Numbered from the whole stretch's first letter, positions 37,776 through 51,700 are shown. The stretch is DNA of 63,443 nt, filler included, from Sphacelaria rigidula (GCA_964200075.2; 11 parts of 11 records of this genome joined end to end with filler, not necessarily neighbours in it); one strand, 5' to 3'. Made by a program: numbers and translations. Notes: generated by a model not told the origin, from the letters alone.

Positions 37776-38748
37776 GGCGGAAGGGTGGCTATCGTAGGAA
37801 TCCTTGTTCATGTATGCAATTTGCTGATATCGCCGATTGAATGAACGTTCAACTCCGCACCTTGTCGCTTCTCGTCGGGTTAAACCTTTCTCTCCTTTAC
37901 CGATCACGTCCTGACGCTTCCGACGCAGACAGATATCAGAGACACCTCCCTCAGAACAAAAAACATGCATCTCAGCGTGGGTGCGAATAGACCCGCATTT
38001 TCCGACGTAACGGCTTCCAGTCGTACCCGTTCGACCACCGGCATTCGGTGAATACACGAAAAACAGTCACACAAAACACTTATGAGAGCATGCACATACC
38101 TTGATCGTCATTATCAGCATCGAAAAACTCCGCGTCCGCCTGGCCGCGTCTTGCACTCCCTCTTCGATTGTCCCTGTCCTCCACCCTGATCGTTGCCCAA
38201 GGCATCGCTTCCTTCAACACGGCGCTTACCTGTACAGAGCGCGACGACCACGAAACAAGTCGAACGCCGTTTCACACGCGGACACGGGGTCATCGCGTGG
38301 GCGGAGGGCTAAAACAAGAGTCACAACAAACACGTTAGCGGTCTCCTTACTCCTCCGTAATTTTCCCCTGCCCATGGTGAGACACTCATGAGGCAGTATG
38401 TAACTCATGGCTGTCCGTGGAAGTGGCGATACCAGAACATGAAACAACTCATTCTAGGCTGTCATCCATCCATACGCACAATAACCAGTACGCTCCGGGC
38501 CGAAACAACCTTCGCAGGATACAGCTCACCGAACACACATCACGGCACTTCGCGCTTGGTGATTGATTGCGAGCCTTGTCCGGCCTAAACCCGGCATGCT
38601 CCGCCCCGGCTTTGTAGGGATGCGAGGTCAAATGATCATATGACTACGGCATGCAAGATCATGATCACCCGCCTCCCCCCCCCTCCCCCCACTAAATTCA
38701 TTCCCGCTTCTCGCCCTACATTTTGGTATCGCGGATTGAGTAATGCTA

Positions 38749-39474
38749 CGGTAGGGGAGCATTTTTCAGTATGAACGTTTTCTGAGGCTGCACAACAAGG
38801 CCCAGATATTAGTAATCGAGAGGCTCCCAAAGTGGTAATTTTCAAGGACCCGATTTTGGTTGTCCCTCCATAACTTTTGACTGAGATCGAATTAAAAAAA
38901 AAAAAGCTTCGGAACGCCCGCAGCAAGGCGCAAAAGAGTAGCGAGTCGCCAAAAAAACAAGGAAAAACAGGCGAAAAACAAAATGCTCGCGGCGGATCTA
39001 CGAAATTGGCCCCAGAGCAACTTTTCCCCCATATACTTGTTTTTGCTTCTTGATTAATTTCGACCTGGGGTCAGGCATAACCGGGTTCAGAACCAGGTGA
39101 TCTGTAACCAGTTTTTGCAAGGATTCCAAAATAATATATATATATATATATAATTTCATAGAGGTGTGGGGGCCCGGCAAATCGAGATTTACTAGTTCCC
39201 CCGCGTTTTTGGCGAAACGGTGTATTCGACATAATATAACTCGTCACCAACAAGTCTGAGAAACCTAAAAGTAGGTTCATTCGAAAGCCCTGATCCGCAG
39301 CTTTCGAATGGTGTGCATTGTGTTGGGTAAATACTCTGGCTTCATAAAGAGATTAATCAAGTGGCCTGTGGGCGGGTCCCGGAAAATTACCACTATACCC
39401 CAAAAAGCCTTGGAAAAAAAAAGAAGCGCATCCCTAGTGTGGCATTGCCCGATTTTATCAGCACTCCCCCACCG
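38749..39474. mobile_element. Non-autonomous TIR element with imperfect inverted ends
   Basis: The left end CGGTAGGGGAGC...AGTGGTAATTTTCAAGGACCCG pairs with the right end CGGGTCCCGGAAAATTACCACT...GCACTCCCCCACCG. Confidence 0.6.
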
Positions 39475-39496
39475 CGTCGGGGTCGTCGACTCTTGA

Positions 39497-39934
39497 CAGC
39501 CGATCATCGAAATTGAGGATGGAGCTTTTCATTGAGGATGAGAACTCGGAGGGTAGAAACCTTTGTATCTGCACCAAATCTTCGTAGTATGGTTCCATTC
39601 CTTCACACACTGGTTGCTATCGACAAGCACTACACACCATACATATTTGGATTTCGATAACCAAAATGTTGGGGTCCTACGTAAAAAATCAATCTTGGGG
39701 ACTTTGGCGATTCGATCGAATCACTTTAAATCCAAAACATTGTTCCGTCATCCAGGACCCCAACACTTCGTTATCTTACTCCAAATTTGTAGAGTGTGTA
39801 GCAATTGTCAACAGCCACCAGTAGGTGAAGTGATGGATCCATAATTCGAAGATTTGGTCTGGATACGAATATTTAAATCCTCCGGGTTCTCATCCTCAAT
39901 GAAAAGCTCCATCCTCAATTTCGATGATCGGCTG
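39497..39934. mobile_element. MITE with ~55-bp near-perfect TIRs
   Basis: CAGCCGATCATCGAAATTGAGGATGGAGCTTTTCATTGAGGATGAGAAC at the left end has its exact reverse complement at 39886-39934. Confidence 0.9.
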
Positions 39935-40439
39935 TTTCTTGTGGGACAGAATTTTCCCTTGTACTACATACTTACTCACAACAACATCCTCTCGTGGTCA
40001 ACAACGGAAGAAAATATCAAAATCTCGGTGAAAAAAAATGAGAAAAAAAACACACACACATACATACATACATACATACATACACACATGATTTATCCGC
40101 GGGAGTCGAACCCTTAATCTTCCTCCCGACTCAAAAATATCTTGAAAGAGTAGGGCTGGGCGCGGACTACGCCAAGTTGACGGGGGGTTTCAGTGGGTTC
40201 AATTCCCACACTGTCTTGGGCAAAGCTTTCCGAATGCTCGAGGCGCCTACCCCACATGCCCTCCCCCCCACTCTGGTGAGACACCCATGAGGCAGTGTAT
40301 AAGCCGTGGCTGTCTCTGGAAGTGGCGATACCACAGAATNNNNNNNNNNNNNNNNNNNNNNNNNNNNNNNNNNNNNNNNNNNNTTAATTAATTAANNNNN
40401 NNNNNNNNNNNNNNNNNNNNNNNNNNNNNNNNNNNNNNN

Positions 40440-40518
40440 ATCTTCCGGGAATCGAACCCCACAACTCAACCATCAGAAGGTTACGAAGTTACCAACTGAG
40501 CCACCGGGGCGACCGGCC
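40440..40518 (-). mobile_element. tRNA-derived SINE family A head, inserted into the hAT ORF
   Basis: The reverse complement reads GCCGGTCGCCCCGGTGGCTCAGTTGGTAAC...GGGTTCGATTCC. Confidence 0.8.
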
Positions 40519-41138
40519 ACTATTAATGCGGCAGCTTTTACTTGCTCGACAATGGTACTTCCCTCTCTTGTTCTTCGGGTCCACGGGCTTCATGAAATTA
40601 CCAACAGAGTACATGTAAGAGTCTTCCCGGTTACCCATTTGTTGATATCCGTCGGTTCTGTACACGGGGGCCGCCTCTACAACGCGGACCGCCGGAGCCT
40701 CTTTTGGGGTCAGATCTATCACTGACCCCGTCGCGCCTTCTCCTGTTGCTTCCTCTGGCGACTGTTCCGATGTTTCCGCGTCTTGCACTGTTTTTGCACC
40801 GCTGACTCTTCCATGGAGGAGTGACATGTGTGGCCAGTAGAATCGCTCAGTTTGATAATACCTATTACGCGACTACCCGTCTACTCGATCACTCAATAAT
40901 GATGAGTAGCGCTCTGTACTGAAAGTGATATCGAAGGTAGAATTTGAGGAGAGTATATGAGGCCGTACTCGATCTTTTCAATATTTGAGTAGAGTATTTC
41001 AGGTCATACCCAAGTGATACTCTACACTCGAGTTGTACTGAGAGTGCGTACTCAATATTCGAGTAGAGTATTTGAGGTCGTACTCGTTGTACTCAAATTT
41101 TGAGTAGAGTATTTGAGGCCGTACTCGACCTACCCTTG
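40519..41138 (-). mobile_element. 5' end of a probable hAT transposon: terminus CAAGGGTAGG, TACTCGA/GAGTA subterminal array, and an ORF (40827 downward) reaching a BED-finger-like KYHC....C
   Basis: More than ten TACTC/GAGTA motifs lie at 40880-41130. The ORF M...SYMYSVGNFMKPVD....KYHCRASKSC is cut by the SINE. Confidence 0.6.
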
Positions 41139-42444
41139 AAATAGTCATGCTCCACAGCGTGAAATGTACTGAGGTTAGAGGGGCACCTGTCTCAGGAAGA
41201 TGGATGCCCACATCAGCACGGAAATGTTTCGCTACAGACAAAACCACTGACTGAGGCAGCTGGATGGCAAAGGATGCATATCGCTGTGCAGGGAGCAAGC
41301 GCTTGATGCACGAAATGTACAGACCCATGCAAATTCACGACAACATCGACACTGAGCCCTTTAAGCCAGCAGTACCGTGTTGACCATACGACGCGGACCA
41401 CGCCTCGGCAGGGCTGAAATACCCGCGATCTGTCCATGAAAATGGAGCGCTGCTCTATGTCCTACTCTGAGCGCAAGTTGAACGAAAAGAAAAAACACAA
41501 GAGGTCGATCGGGTGCATGTCGGAGAAAGCTCAAAATTGCAGGTTGATTATGATAAGAGGACAAAAGCAATCGCCCCTGTCTTTGTCAGTTTGTCGTGAT
41601 GTCGGCTACGCAAGCCCTAGCACTGTCTATGAGGGGACGTTGTCCCCTTCCAGAACAGCTCCACAGAGGTCCTTGACTGAAAACACTGTCCTCTCCGGCT
41701 CGGCTCAGGGTACGGCCACGTCTTGCGCTACTAGACGGCGTGTAAATTTTAACGGCCGCAACCTCGAAGATATGAAAAGTCGTGAATGACGATTGTTATC
41801 TATAGAACTGCTAGCATCAAGAATAAGCGGGCCGCCCTCGACGACCCCGCTGGCGAGATCCGCCGCTGCCTCGGCGCCGATTTGATATCGTTCCCTCGAT
41901 AATTGTCATTAGAAAATGAAATATATTCCGAAATGAGTTTCAACACGGGGCAAAATTACTCTTTCAACCGACGCAGCGCAGAAAACGTCTTCAGTCGCCG
42001 ATACTGTTATGCCAACACTTACCAGACGCCAGGTGCGCTGTGTTTGGAATGCCAACCTTTCAAAATGCCGGCTCTAAAGTATTGAAAAGTAGGAACACTA
42101 TTTCATCAGCTTGTGAACCCAAGAGCTGTTACATCGTGAACCGTTCACCCTCCTTTCTAGTCCCTTGATTCAAGTATCGGACCCCCATTGCCGACGATTT
42201 TACTTGTCACCCCTTCACCCCGATGTTCAACTGCTCAGTCCTCACTTATGACTCTCTATAATAGCACTACCAGAGAGCCCTTGACACAGCGTGGCGATCC
42301 TAAGGTGCAGTACACGCCCTGTGGAACTTTACAGTCTTTTGGTTCGAAGGCGGCATGGACAAAGCTAAGCGTAACAGTGGAACCGACCATCCATTATATC
42401 TATCATTATTTATTTATTTATTTCGTCACAAATTTCAATTGAAC

Positions 42445-42720
42445 CCCTCCCCTCCTCGGGACGAGCCCGTGGTCTCAAGGGATCCACCCATCTCTCCCCG
42501 GTACACACCTTGCATTTCGGTCTTGCGGATGAGGTCAGCACTCCCGCACCACGTCAACTCTCGTCAAACAAACCCAGTAAACTTCTTCTTGTTTACTCAC
42601 GCACTCGCTCTTTCGACGATGAAAACCAGATACTTGATAAAAATCGCAACGAATCGAGGATCGAACCCACTTTGCTTTCACCCTTATGGTGGCAGTCGGA
42701 CCATGAGACCACCGGAGCGC
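42445..42720 (-). mobile_element. tRNA-derived SINE, family B; related pieces at 23109-23330 (-), 36520-36597 (-), 50680-50830 (-), 46017-46100 (+ head)
   Basis: The head reads CCGGTGGTCTCATGGTCCGACTG...GGGTTCGATCC. The body motif GCGGAT...CAGCA.TCCCGCA....C.ACTCTCGTC.AACAAA is shared among copies. Confidence 0.7.
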
Positions 42721-45129
42721 AGCTGTAACATGCTTGTAAATTTCAAATTCCAACAAATCCCAAATTCCAAAGATAAAATATCATATATCAAAATTCATGT
42801 AAATTTGGAATCCAAAATTCCGAATTCTAAATCCCAAGTCCCAAATCCCGAATTCCATAGTTCTACCAGCTGTGCTGGCGAATCCTCGTGGATTTGGGCT
42901 TTGTGGAGGCAACAGCCAGAAGTTGTGGCGGTGGTGTGCAGGTGTGGTGCCTAGGCTCTGAAGGAATTAGGAACGATATCATGGCGCAGGTGAAAACTTT
43001 TAATCCGCTCGGAACTCGCGAAAAACAGTACAAACTCCCATGTGCGAGCTTTCGTCACCGGAAAACGTGACTTAGAGTTCGGTGCGCGAATCTAATCTGT
43101 CACATGAGTATACTTGAACATAGACTGGTGCACCGTGTTGGTGGGCTGCATCAACAGCTGCAGACAAACAGCCGTATTTTGCCGACGAAAACGTCACTCG
43201 TAAATCGTCACTTTTCCATCTACGGTTCCAAAAAGCTTAAGCGGTAGCGGCGGGGCTTTCACAGAGCGAAAGAATGAGTCTGCCGTAACTCGGAGCCACT
43301 CCTCGAGACGGGCTTCGGAGCAGAGGCACTTGAAACGGAAGGACCAAAACACTCGTGCGAAAACACCTTGTTACAAGCAGCGTGTACGCAGCTCTATCCT
43401 CACGAGGCGGACATGGGTTTATCGAGCGTACCTTGCCCAGCACACAGCTTGACATGCGTGCGATAGCCGTAGAGCGCCTTACGGAATAATGGGAACTCTG
43501 TGCTAGAAAAAATCCAAAAATACGTGGGCGTGTGGGGCATACGTTGTCCAAAGTTTGCCGTCGGAATCCTCCGAAATTGAAATTTCGACTTTGCAGCGTC
43601 GGCGTAGAATAGGCGGGTAGACAGACACCCCATGCGACCACCCAGCCCGGTCTCTGCGGTTCTGGGCAACGTGCTATCGCGCTGTTGGCTGGTGCACGCT
43701 GAGACACGGCGTGTTCGATGCACCAAGAACCACCTCTTGAACGTCTGCTATCCCTAACATCAACATTTCCTAATTTGAACGTCAGGCGTCGTGTAGACAG
43801 TCCAAAATCACTTATTGGCCACCAAACCCATGGATTTAACCGCGAGGTATCAACTGAACCTGTTTGTGGTGGCAGACGACTCCTTTTTTCGTGCGTACAT
43901 GTTGAGCTATCAGGGCAACCCGCTGCTCTCGCTATGGTTACGGTAACGGGCGGGTCACAGCGGTCCGGTGCGGGGTGCAGGTGGTGAAAACTTCTGATTT
44001 GCAAGATTCCGTGGGACATCTTCACCCTCACGGATTTCGTGAAATTTTGCCGAAGCTTGGAATTTCGATCACCGACAAATTTACCGTGATTTCATATTTC
44101 CACTTGAGAACCTTTCATAAGGAGGAAGCAACACCTTTGGGCAAGGGTAGTTGTGGGAAGGGCCGCCGCGGAAACATGAAAACATGATGTTCCTAGGCTT
44201 GAATTTAATAATGCGCCAGAAATTTGAAAATGTGGCGCTTTTCTCCCGGTTTTTCGTTTTTTGGTGAACTTACCGACTGCACGTACCCAATTTTCGTCGC
44301 CCATCAACGTGAAGAGACTTGGATCGTCTTGGACTTACATGATGAAAACACCTCGCTAGCGAAGGAAGTGTTTGAAGCGCTGTGTGCGTGGTGTTTGGAG
44401 AGTTTTCAGGCGCACTGAGAATTACCCCGAAGTTTCGCGTTTTCGTTGTCGTATGGGATGTGACCCTTCGGAATAGAATTTATCACGCCATGTCCGGACT
44501 GTGCGGAATTTTCGATGTTTCGTTTCGGAACGTCGCGAGAAAAAAAAAGAAGTGCGGACCAATGCGTGGCGTCTCCCTTCCATCTCTCGCTTCGCTGACA
44601 CTGTCACGCACGCACGACGACCTGATCAAGCGTCAACGATTCAATTTCATTTTTGTTTTAGAGGGCTTCTCTATTTAGTGGGCCCCTCTATGTTTGAGGC
44701 AAAAGCAGTAGCGTTATTTTGTGCCGGAACGGGGTAATGAGAGCGGGGAGTAAAGACTAAGAAGCGCTTTTAGTGCGAACGACGTTTTTTTTTTTAATTG
44801 CAAAAAATGATGCCCCTCTCTACGTTTGTTTTGGAAATTGTTCCGAGAAGATGTTCTCGAAAATGACGGATCCCCGCGGCCCATGTCGACGCCCGCGCGG
44901 AGATAGTTACGTCCCATGACTTGGTCGTGTTCCTTACTAGGAAAGAAATAATTGTCGCTTGGTATGGTTATTCCTCAGGCTACACAGAATGATAGCGGTA
45001 CTTTGCTCTGGTGGTACTTTTTCATCCCGCCGGTAGAGGGTACTCTGCTGAACACCAAAGTATGTTGGAAAATAGCAAGTTTCAGACTTTTGCGGGCACC
45101 ACGTTAGTATGTGCAGCACTCTATGGAAA

Positions 45130-45462
45130 TGTTGTCATCCATCTATTCGGGACGCCAGTCTACACCTGGGCGCATCAGCCGGGGTCACGCAGGAGGAAGG
45201 TCAACACAAGAGTTTTTTTTTCATCTTCTTATTTCGCCTTCGGTACTCCCACCTTTCTTCTGCGGTGCTTGCCTTTCTCTTCACCGCGAGAAGGATGCAG
45301 CGGTCCATTTCCCTCGTCGACCGTGAAGTCGAATTTTTATGTACCCACGACATGGTCGCTCCCCGCTGTTGGGCATGATGTGAGGAAAAATCCCAGATCG
45401 TGCAACTTCACCGAGATTCGAACCCACGTCCCAACCGTTTTCGAGGTTACCAACTGAGCCAC
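45130..45462 (-). mobile_element. tRNA-derived SINE, family A
   Basis: Homologous along its length to 47632-47964, with A- and B-boxes present. Confidence 0.85.
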
Positions 45463-47497
45463 AGACCCGTTGCAGCATTCCTCTCCCCCCAAAAATAACC
45501 TCCGCCTGAGCAGTGAGTTTTCGTAGGGCCGAAGAGACATCAACTAGGGGTGGCGAGAGTGTGGAACCTGTAGTGACTGAAGGGGGAGAAGTCAACACTC
45601 CAGCCCAGTTGTTTTCTTACGCAGACAGGCGTACAGTTGGGTTGTTTGTGGACATCGTGCTGCCTTGCTCTTTTTTCAACTTACCGCACGGAAACAGTAC
45701 GCGCGAACCTTTCCTGGCTTTATGGGTTGGCCGAAATTCATGACAAATGTCTTCCTCTCTCTCAGGTCTTGAGAGACTCAACTGGATCGACGTTACACAC
45801 AAGATGTATGTGGCTGCATTCACCACCAACTCAACAGCGCAAACCTTTGTCGCGTGCCAACATAGCTGTGATCAACACGAGAGTGAATTTTGAAGAACCT
45901 TCCGCATTTTGCGACCCCTCCAGCCGCTGCGTTCTCTGGTGCTTTTTTTTTTTTCGTCATACCTTCAACCCGGTTCCTCGTTCTGCGGAGGAACCCCATT
46001 GTTGTTTCAAGGTGCACCCCGGTGGTGTGATGGTCCGACTGTCGCCATTAGGGTGGAGAGAACGGGGGTTTGATTCCCGATGCGTTGGGTTTTTTCTTCG
46101 TAATGTATGACTTTCNNNNNNNNNNNNNNNNNNNNNNNNNNNNNNNNNNNNNNNNNNNNTTAATTAATTAANNNNNNNNNNNNNNNNNNNNNNNNNNNNN
46201 NNNNNNNNNNNNNNNGAAAGGGATGCGTGGTCAATGGTCACACGACTAAGGCAAGCAACAAATGAGTACGCCCCCCCCCCCTCGCCGCATAAACTAAAAG
46301 AACGGAGAGTGTCTCACGAGCGAAGTAATTTCCGCCAACCTTATTTGATCAAAACTCAAACCTCGAGGATTAGTGTTGAGCGCTCATCCAGCTTCACTAC
46401 TATTTAGCGGCAATCTACACTGGCACTGCCGTCATCTTCCATGAAGAGCCTGGGCGGGACTGGTCAACGGCCGGATTGTCGAAACACAAGGCCGCGGGCG
46501 CCAAAAACGTTTTGACAATTCATTCATTTGAAAAAAAAAACACCGCTCGGATCATTATAATTTTTTAATGAAAACGAATTCTGAAATCTCAAGTACCTAT
46601 TTGGCTCCTTTGGCGGCGTTTTCCGCGACAAAAAGACGACCAAGCGGAGTATCATCTCCTCGGAGTGATTGCTGATGAAATATTTGGTGAGCACAGCTTG
46701 ACTTTTGAACGAAAACAAACAAAACAAAAAAAAGCAACCCTTCTTTCAGCACACTCCTCCAAAAGTGACGATCCGCCTGGCCGTCTTCTCACACCCTAAA
46801 ATCGCTGCCGAGCGGTCAAAATTGGCTGTTCCGGTATATGAAAGAAAGACAACACAGGAACCGTTCCCGTGAGAAGCAAGTGGCCGTCCAGTATCGCAGA
46901 GCTCTTGAATCCTCTTTTTACGAGAAAAAAAAAAAAAACTTGATACAGCAGCACTCAATGTTGATCGAAAAATAACCCGCACAAGCACAGCTCACACAGA
47001 CAACAGCATTCAACGTGAACTGAAAAATAAAAATGACCCACACACGGAATCTGATCACGTACGTCCACACCCAGAAACGGTTGACCGGCCGGCTGGTCGC
47101 TCCGGTTGAACGTGTATGGGGGGATATCTGATCCCCCTCGTGTTACCCTGCACACCAAGAGGGTAGCGCGGTGTCAGCAACTGGGCGGGCGCCAGGACTC
47201 TTCTCTGAGCAATATCATCGGATGGCAATTCAACGCCGGAAGTGGTAACCGTGACACTCATCAGCTGAGCAGCTCTTCTCTGCTCTGCTTGTGAGCACAC
47301 TATCTTCAATGACGAATTCACAGTGTACAGCGTGCATCCCGCGCCCCCCAAACTCCTGAGTCACGTTGTAGATATAGAGAAAATTCAAAACCGAAATAAG
47401 GTTCGGTTGTTTCCAAACAGACTATGCGCCTGGTCCTGCGTCCGCCCGCTTATGCATTCCAGTCTGTGCGTGTCAAGAGCCCTCTGGGGGTTGAAAC

Positions 47498-48052
47498 CAC
47501 ACCCTGAACAATGACCGTAGATTGCGCTGTAAAAATGTGTACAGCGTACAGTATCAAGTATTGCGTCTACCGCATTAGACGTTATACTGCGTACAGCGTG
47601 TAGTCTTATACCTATTGCAATAGCCAAATAAGCCGGTCGCCCCGGTGGCTCAGTTGGTAACCTCGAAACCTTCTGACGGTTGGATCGTGGGTTCAAATCT
47701 CGGAGCGATCTGGGACTTTTTCTCACACCATACCCGACAGTGGAGACCGACGATGTCGTGGGTACACAAAATTCGACTCAAAGGTCGACGAGGGAAAGGG
47801 ACTGCTGAACCCCTCTCGCGATGAAAAATAATGGCGAGCACCGCAGAAGGAAGTTCTCCTGTGTTGACCTTCCTCCTATGTGACCCCGGCTGCTGCGCCC
47901 ACATATACCGAAAGGGTGTAGACCGGCGTCCAAAATAAATGGGGCGACAACACACGACAACACAATAGACGCAATAGTCGATACTGTACGCTGTGATTCC
48001 ATACTGTATGTGATAATTTTTTTGTGCAATCTGATATGTTGTCCAGGGTGTG
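47498..48052. mobile_element. CACAC-terminated MITE containing a SINE; family copies at 48804-48906 and 50312-50481
   Basis: The family's inverted ends are CACACC(C/G)TG(G/A)ACAA...TTGTCC(A)..GTGTG. The 50312-50481 copy is almost entirely palindromic. Confidence 0.8.
47632..47964 (+). mobile_element. tRNA-derived SINE, family A (full length, ~330 bp); 3' fragment at about 20000-20085
   Basis: A-box GTGGCTCAGTTGG, B-box GGTTCAAATC and a (CAACA)n-like tail; five copies in the window. Confidence 0.88.
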
Positions 48053-48680
48053 GTTAAAACACCACAAACGTCGTTGGTAGCCGGGACGCGACGCGACTCA
48101 AACCCATACCTGACCATGAGACTGATGGTAACTCTATCGCTGCTGCTGCTGCTGCTGCTGGAGTATAGTCGTTGCAAACAAAACTCACAACACGAGGGTA
48201 CAATACGCGAAAGTGCGTTGGTAACTGTGAACACAAATGGAGAATGACGGCTACGTGACCACGCTGATGAAAAAAATACCGTAGGCGACGGTGAATACCA
48301 CCCCCAGGGGATGAATTTTCGTGACCGAAAAACTTATTGCCCGGAAATAGTGTTCACGAGGAGGGACGTCGGGGGGTGCTATACTGCGTATTCAAGATAC
48401 CGTTCTGTAGGTATTGTTATGGCATCGGGGCAATCGACTATTTCTTGCGGGGATACCCCCTCAGGGCTGTTTCCAAGTCAAATACGCATTTCTCGCAGCC
48501 CTGGCATCGAGCCCCCAGATATCGTACACAATTTTCTCGGGCAAAACACGGAGTTTCCATAGTTGTGTGCAAGATCATCTACGCATTTGTGTTACAATCC
48601 AGACAGCGGCCAGGACTTTTTCCTCTCTTATCTTTGTTCTGGATAAGAAGTTCGAAGAATTGCGACATGGTGGGAATTAA

Positions 48681-48798
48681 CTCTTTTGGAACCCATTGAC
48701 GATTTTCGTTTCTGTGAATCGGCATCATTTTCAGTCATTTCCAAGTCAAAATGATGATGATTCACATAAACAAAAATCGTCAATGGGTTCCAAAGGGG
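48681..48798. mobile_element. piggyBac-type MITE with TTAA target-site duplication
   Basis: TTAA|CTCTTTTGGAACCCATTGACGATTTT...AAAATCGTCAATGGGTTCCAAAGGGG|TTAA. Confidence 0.85.
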
Positions 48799-51700
48799 TT
48801 AACCACACCGTGGACAACAAATATGGTCAACAGTTGCAATAGGCCCATACTGTACGCAGTACATATTAGTTCCATTGCAATTATAGGCAATATTGTCCAC
48901 AGTGTGAAAACAACACAGCGACCCCTCCCCCCCCTACCCCCCGTTTTCTCGATTCGGATATTTTCGGGAGTATGACCACTAAAGACATCTTACTTCGTGT
49001 CCCCTTGGTCATCATGCCAGAAAAAGCCGTACAACCACTACCCGTGGGTGTTGTTCAGGGGGGTGGTATAGAACGGTATCGGTGATCAAGAGTACATGGA
49101 TGGACACGTACCTGGTGAGCCATAACACCCGGATCGGCCTTAAACGGCCCCCAGCGTTTGAAAACCTCGTGTCCCACCAGGTGCAGCACCGTGAGGCCCA
49201 CGAGGTACACCCATGTCGGCTCATCCGCCACCCAGAAGTTCACTCCGCAATCCGCCATAGGCGAAGCGACGACCGGTTTCCTGAGGTATTGTTTTCGGGG
49301 CGAGTGATTCGGTGATCAGGCTTGTATTTGACCCAACTGTTTTTTTCCCAATTAAAACGCGACAATAGGGGATGGTGCACATATACATACTACCTACAAG
49401 GTTCCATGATGTGGTGATGGTGTTTTCGGAACAATATTCAACAAATGACGAACACGTAAAAGCCGACGCCTCTTTCTGCAGAGTCCCGCCCCGCCAGCCC
49501 ACCCCTCCTCCCCCCTCTCATGTAGATTTTTGCTGTCCTGGAACACACAACTCCGTGATCTAATGCAATACACGGTTGCACCGTGCTGTACAGGCTCTTT
49601 GACCGCGCCCCCGTTGAAATCCATACACAGTCCCCTTGAGCACAAGCCCGCAGCTATCCAGTACAGCGGCGCAACAGGTCACAGACCGATGTCGAAGGCG
49701 CAGCGGTCGTTGTGCAATCCTTTGTGGACTTGCGCTGTGCAGCACAGCGGGATTCTCTGTACCTCTCTCTTAAAGACGGGGTATGCAAGTGGTCGGGCGC
49801 AACCACGCTGTCTGCACGTGCAGCCCTGAGCGGTTGAGAGAAACAGCTGTGGGGTAACGCCGGAGCGGACACTGCCATCGCGAGATAACGGTATGTCTGC
49901 TTGGGTCGTTCAAGAAACTTGAAGGAAATGCTTTTTTATGTTACTCTTTTTCACACTTTTCAAGCCGTCCCCTTTGTCCAGACGAGTTCGTATTTTGGGG
50001 GGATCAACCCATCCTTCTTCTGGTACATGCTTGACATTTTGGTTATCAGCACTTCTGCCCCGCGTCGACTTTCGCCAATTCTTCCTTGGTCTTCCGTCCT
50101 CGCGCTTAAGACGCCGGAAATCGGATGTCCCTAGACAAAAAAACGTATCTGTTGGAAGTCGAACCCTTAACTCCGTCCTGACCGGCTTTAGGATGTGCTT
50201 TCTCAGTTAGACGACCAGCGTGCCTCGGCAGTTCATACTTTTATCACGATTCACACCCGAGTGATGCCTCGATAGCCCCCCCCCCCCCGAAAAACGAACC
50301 CCGAAACTGTCCACACCCTGGACAACATATGGTCAATAAATGCATTAGACGGGAAGTGCACTGCATAACGTATAGTCCTATTGCAACTATTGCAGGCCGA
50401 TAATAGTCGCAATAGAACTATACTTTATGCAGTACACTTCCCGTCTAATGCAACCATTGACCATATATTGTCCAAGGTGTGAAAGTGTCACAAAGAAAAT
50501 GACCACACGTACATGTCAGCCTGCTTTTCAGACTGCATGAGACGCCTCATATAGACGACACTGGCGAAAACGATCCCAAGCGTGGGAGTTCCTAGCTGCT
50601 CGCTGTGCTCGGCTTGTTAAATTAGATATACACAAAGACTTTGCCTCCCCACACTAGCTACCGCGGAATCAGTCCCGCTCCTGCCCTCTCGCCTCCTCGC
50701 GGCGAGTCCGTGGCTTCGAGGGATCAGCTTATTTCTCGCCTGCACACGCCTTACATTCTGGTACGGCGGATTGGATCAGCATTCCCGCAACGCGCCGACT
50801 CTCGTCGAACAAAATCCAGCAAACAAACGCTTGTTCAGTGCAGTTCTTCTTCGATGGCACGGAGGCTTCTAAAGCTATTTTTTCATGTTCAACCGACTGC
50901 AGTGCTTCACTTGAAGATGTCATGTTCCACCGTGTCAATTGTATTGAGGCCAGAGGAGACACCATCCTGGGAATATGGGTCATCACAACCAGCATGGCGA
51001 AGAGGGTACATCAAAGTGTACATCAACAGTTGTTCCTCAAAAACCTTCCCCGCGGCGAGAGTTAACTTACTGAATTGGTGCTCTGTGTAGAGAGCTGTGG
51101 GCGCTACTCTGTGCACGCGGATACGCTACTGCTGATTGTGTCTGGCGTAGAACTAGACTCGTGCAGCACATCATGCCATTACGTGCCAGTTTGAAAGTAA
51201 AATACTCAGCACGTGCTCGGCGAAGTGGAAGTCACTGCACCACCGAGATATTCAGGTGCAAATCCTAATAGGCCCTACTATAAATTGATACTGGGAGGAG
51301 GATGTATGGAGACCACCTCCATGACTATCAGATCGTCATCATGCCCGCTGGGTAAGTTCGCATATTTATGTTACAGTACGTACAGTACAGTGCTTGGCCG
51401 CCGCCCCCCCCCGAAACATTTGCCTGGTCCGGCGAGAACCCGGGGTGCTCCATCCCGACTTTCTAGGGGCGGACCCCCGATGGGGTTGGCATCGGCTGGC
51501 AATGACGCTATAAAACACGTCACTCACTGCGTAAGCTAGGCTACCAGGTTACCGTTTTTTCTTGCGCGCTTGCGTTTGTTTTGCGGTAATCATGATGGTA
51601 GTCGAGCTGGATCATGTTGTGCGGCGTGGGAGAACCTCATCTCCGCACAAAGGAGATGATCGTACCACCCAGTGTTTGAATGGTGAGACACCCATGAGGC

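Noticed and set aside
43237..44031. 264-aa minus-strand ORF
   Set aside because: It has no recognisable motif or coding-like composition, so I cannot support it.
47632..47715. Functional tRNA genes at SINE heads
   Set aside because: A/B boxes are present but the acceptor and anticodon stems are not intact, and each head continues into a shared repeat body.
49012..49315. GC-rich overlapping short ORFs
   Set aside because: They may be a gene relic, but no family or splice structure can be assigned.
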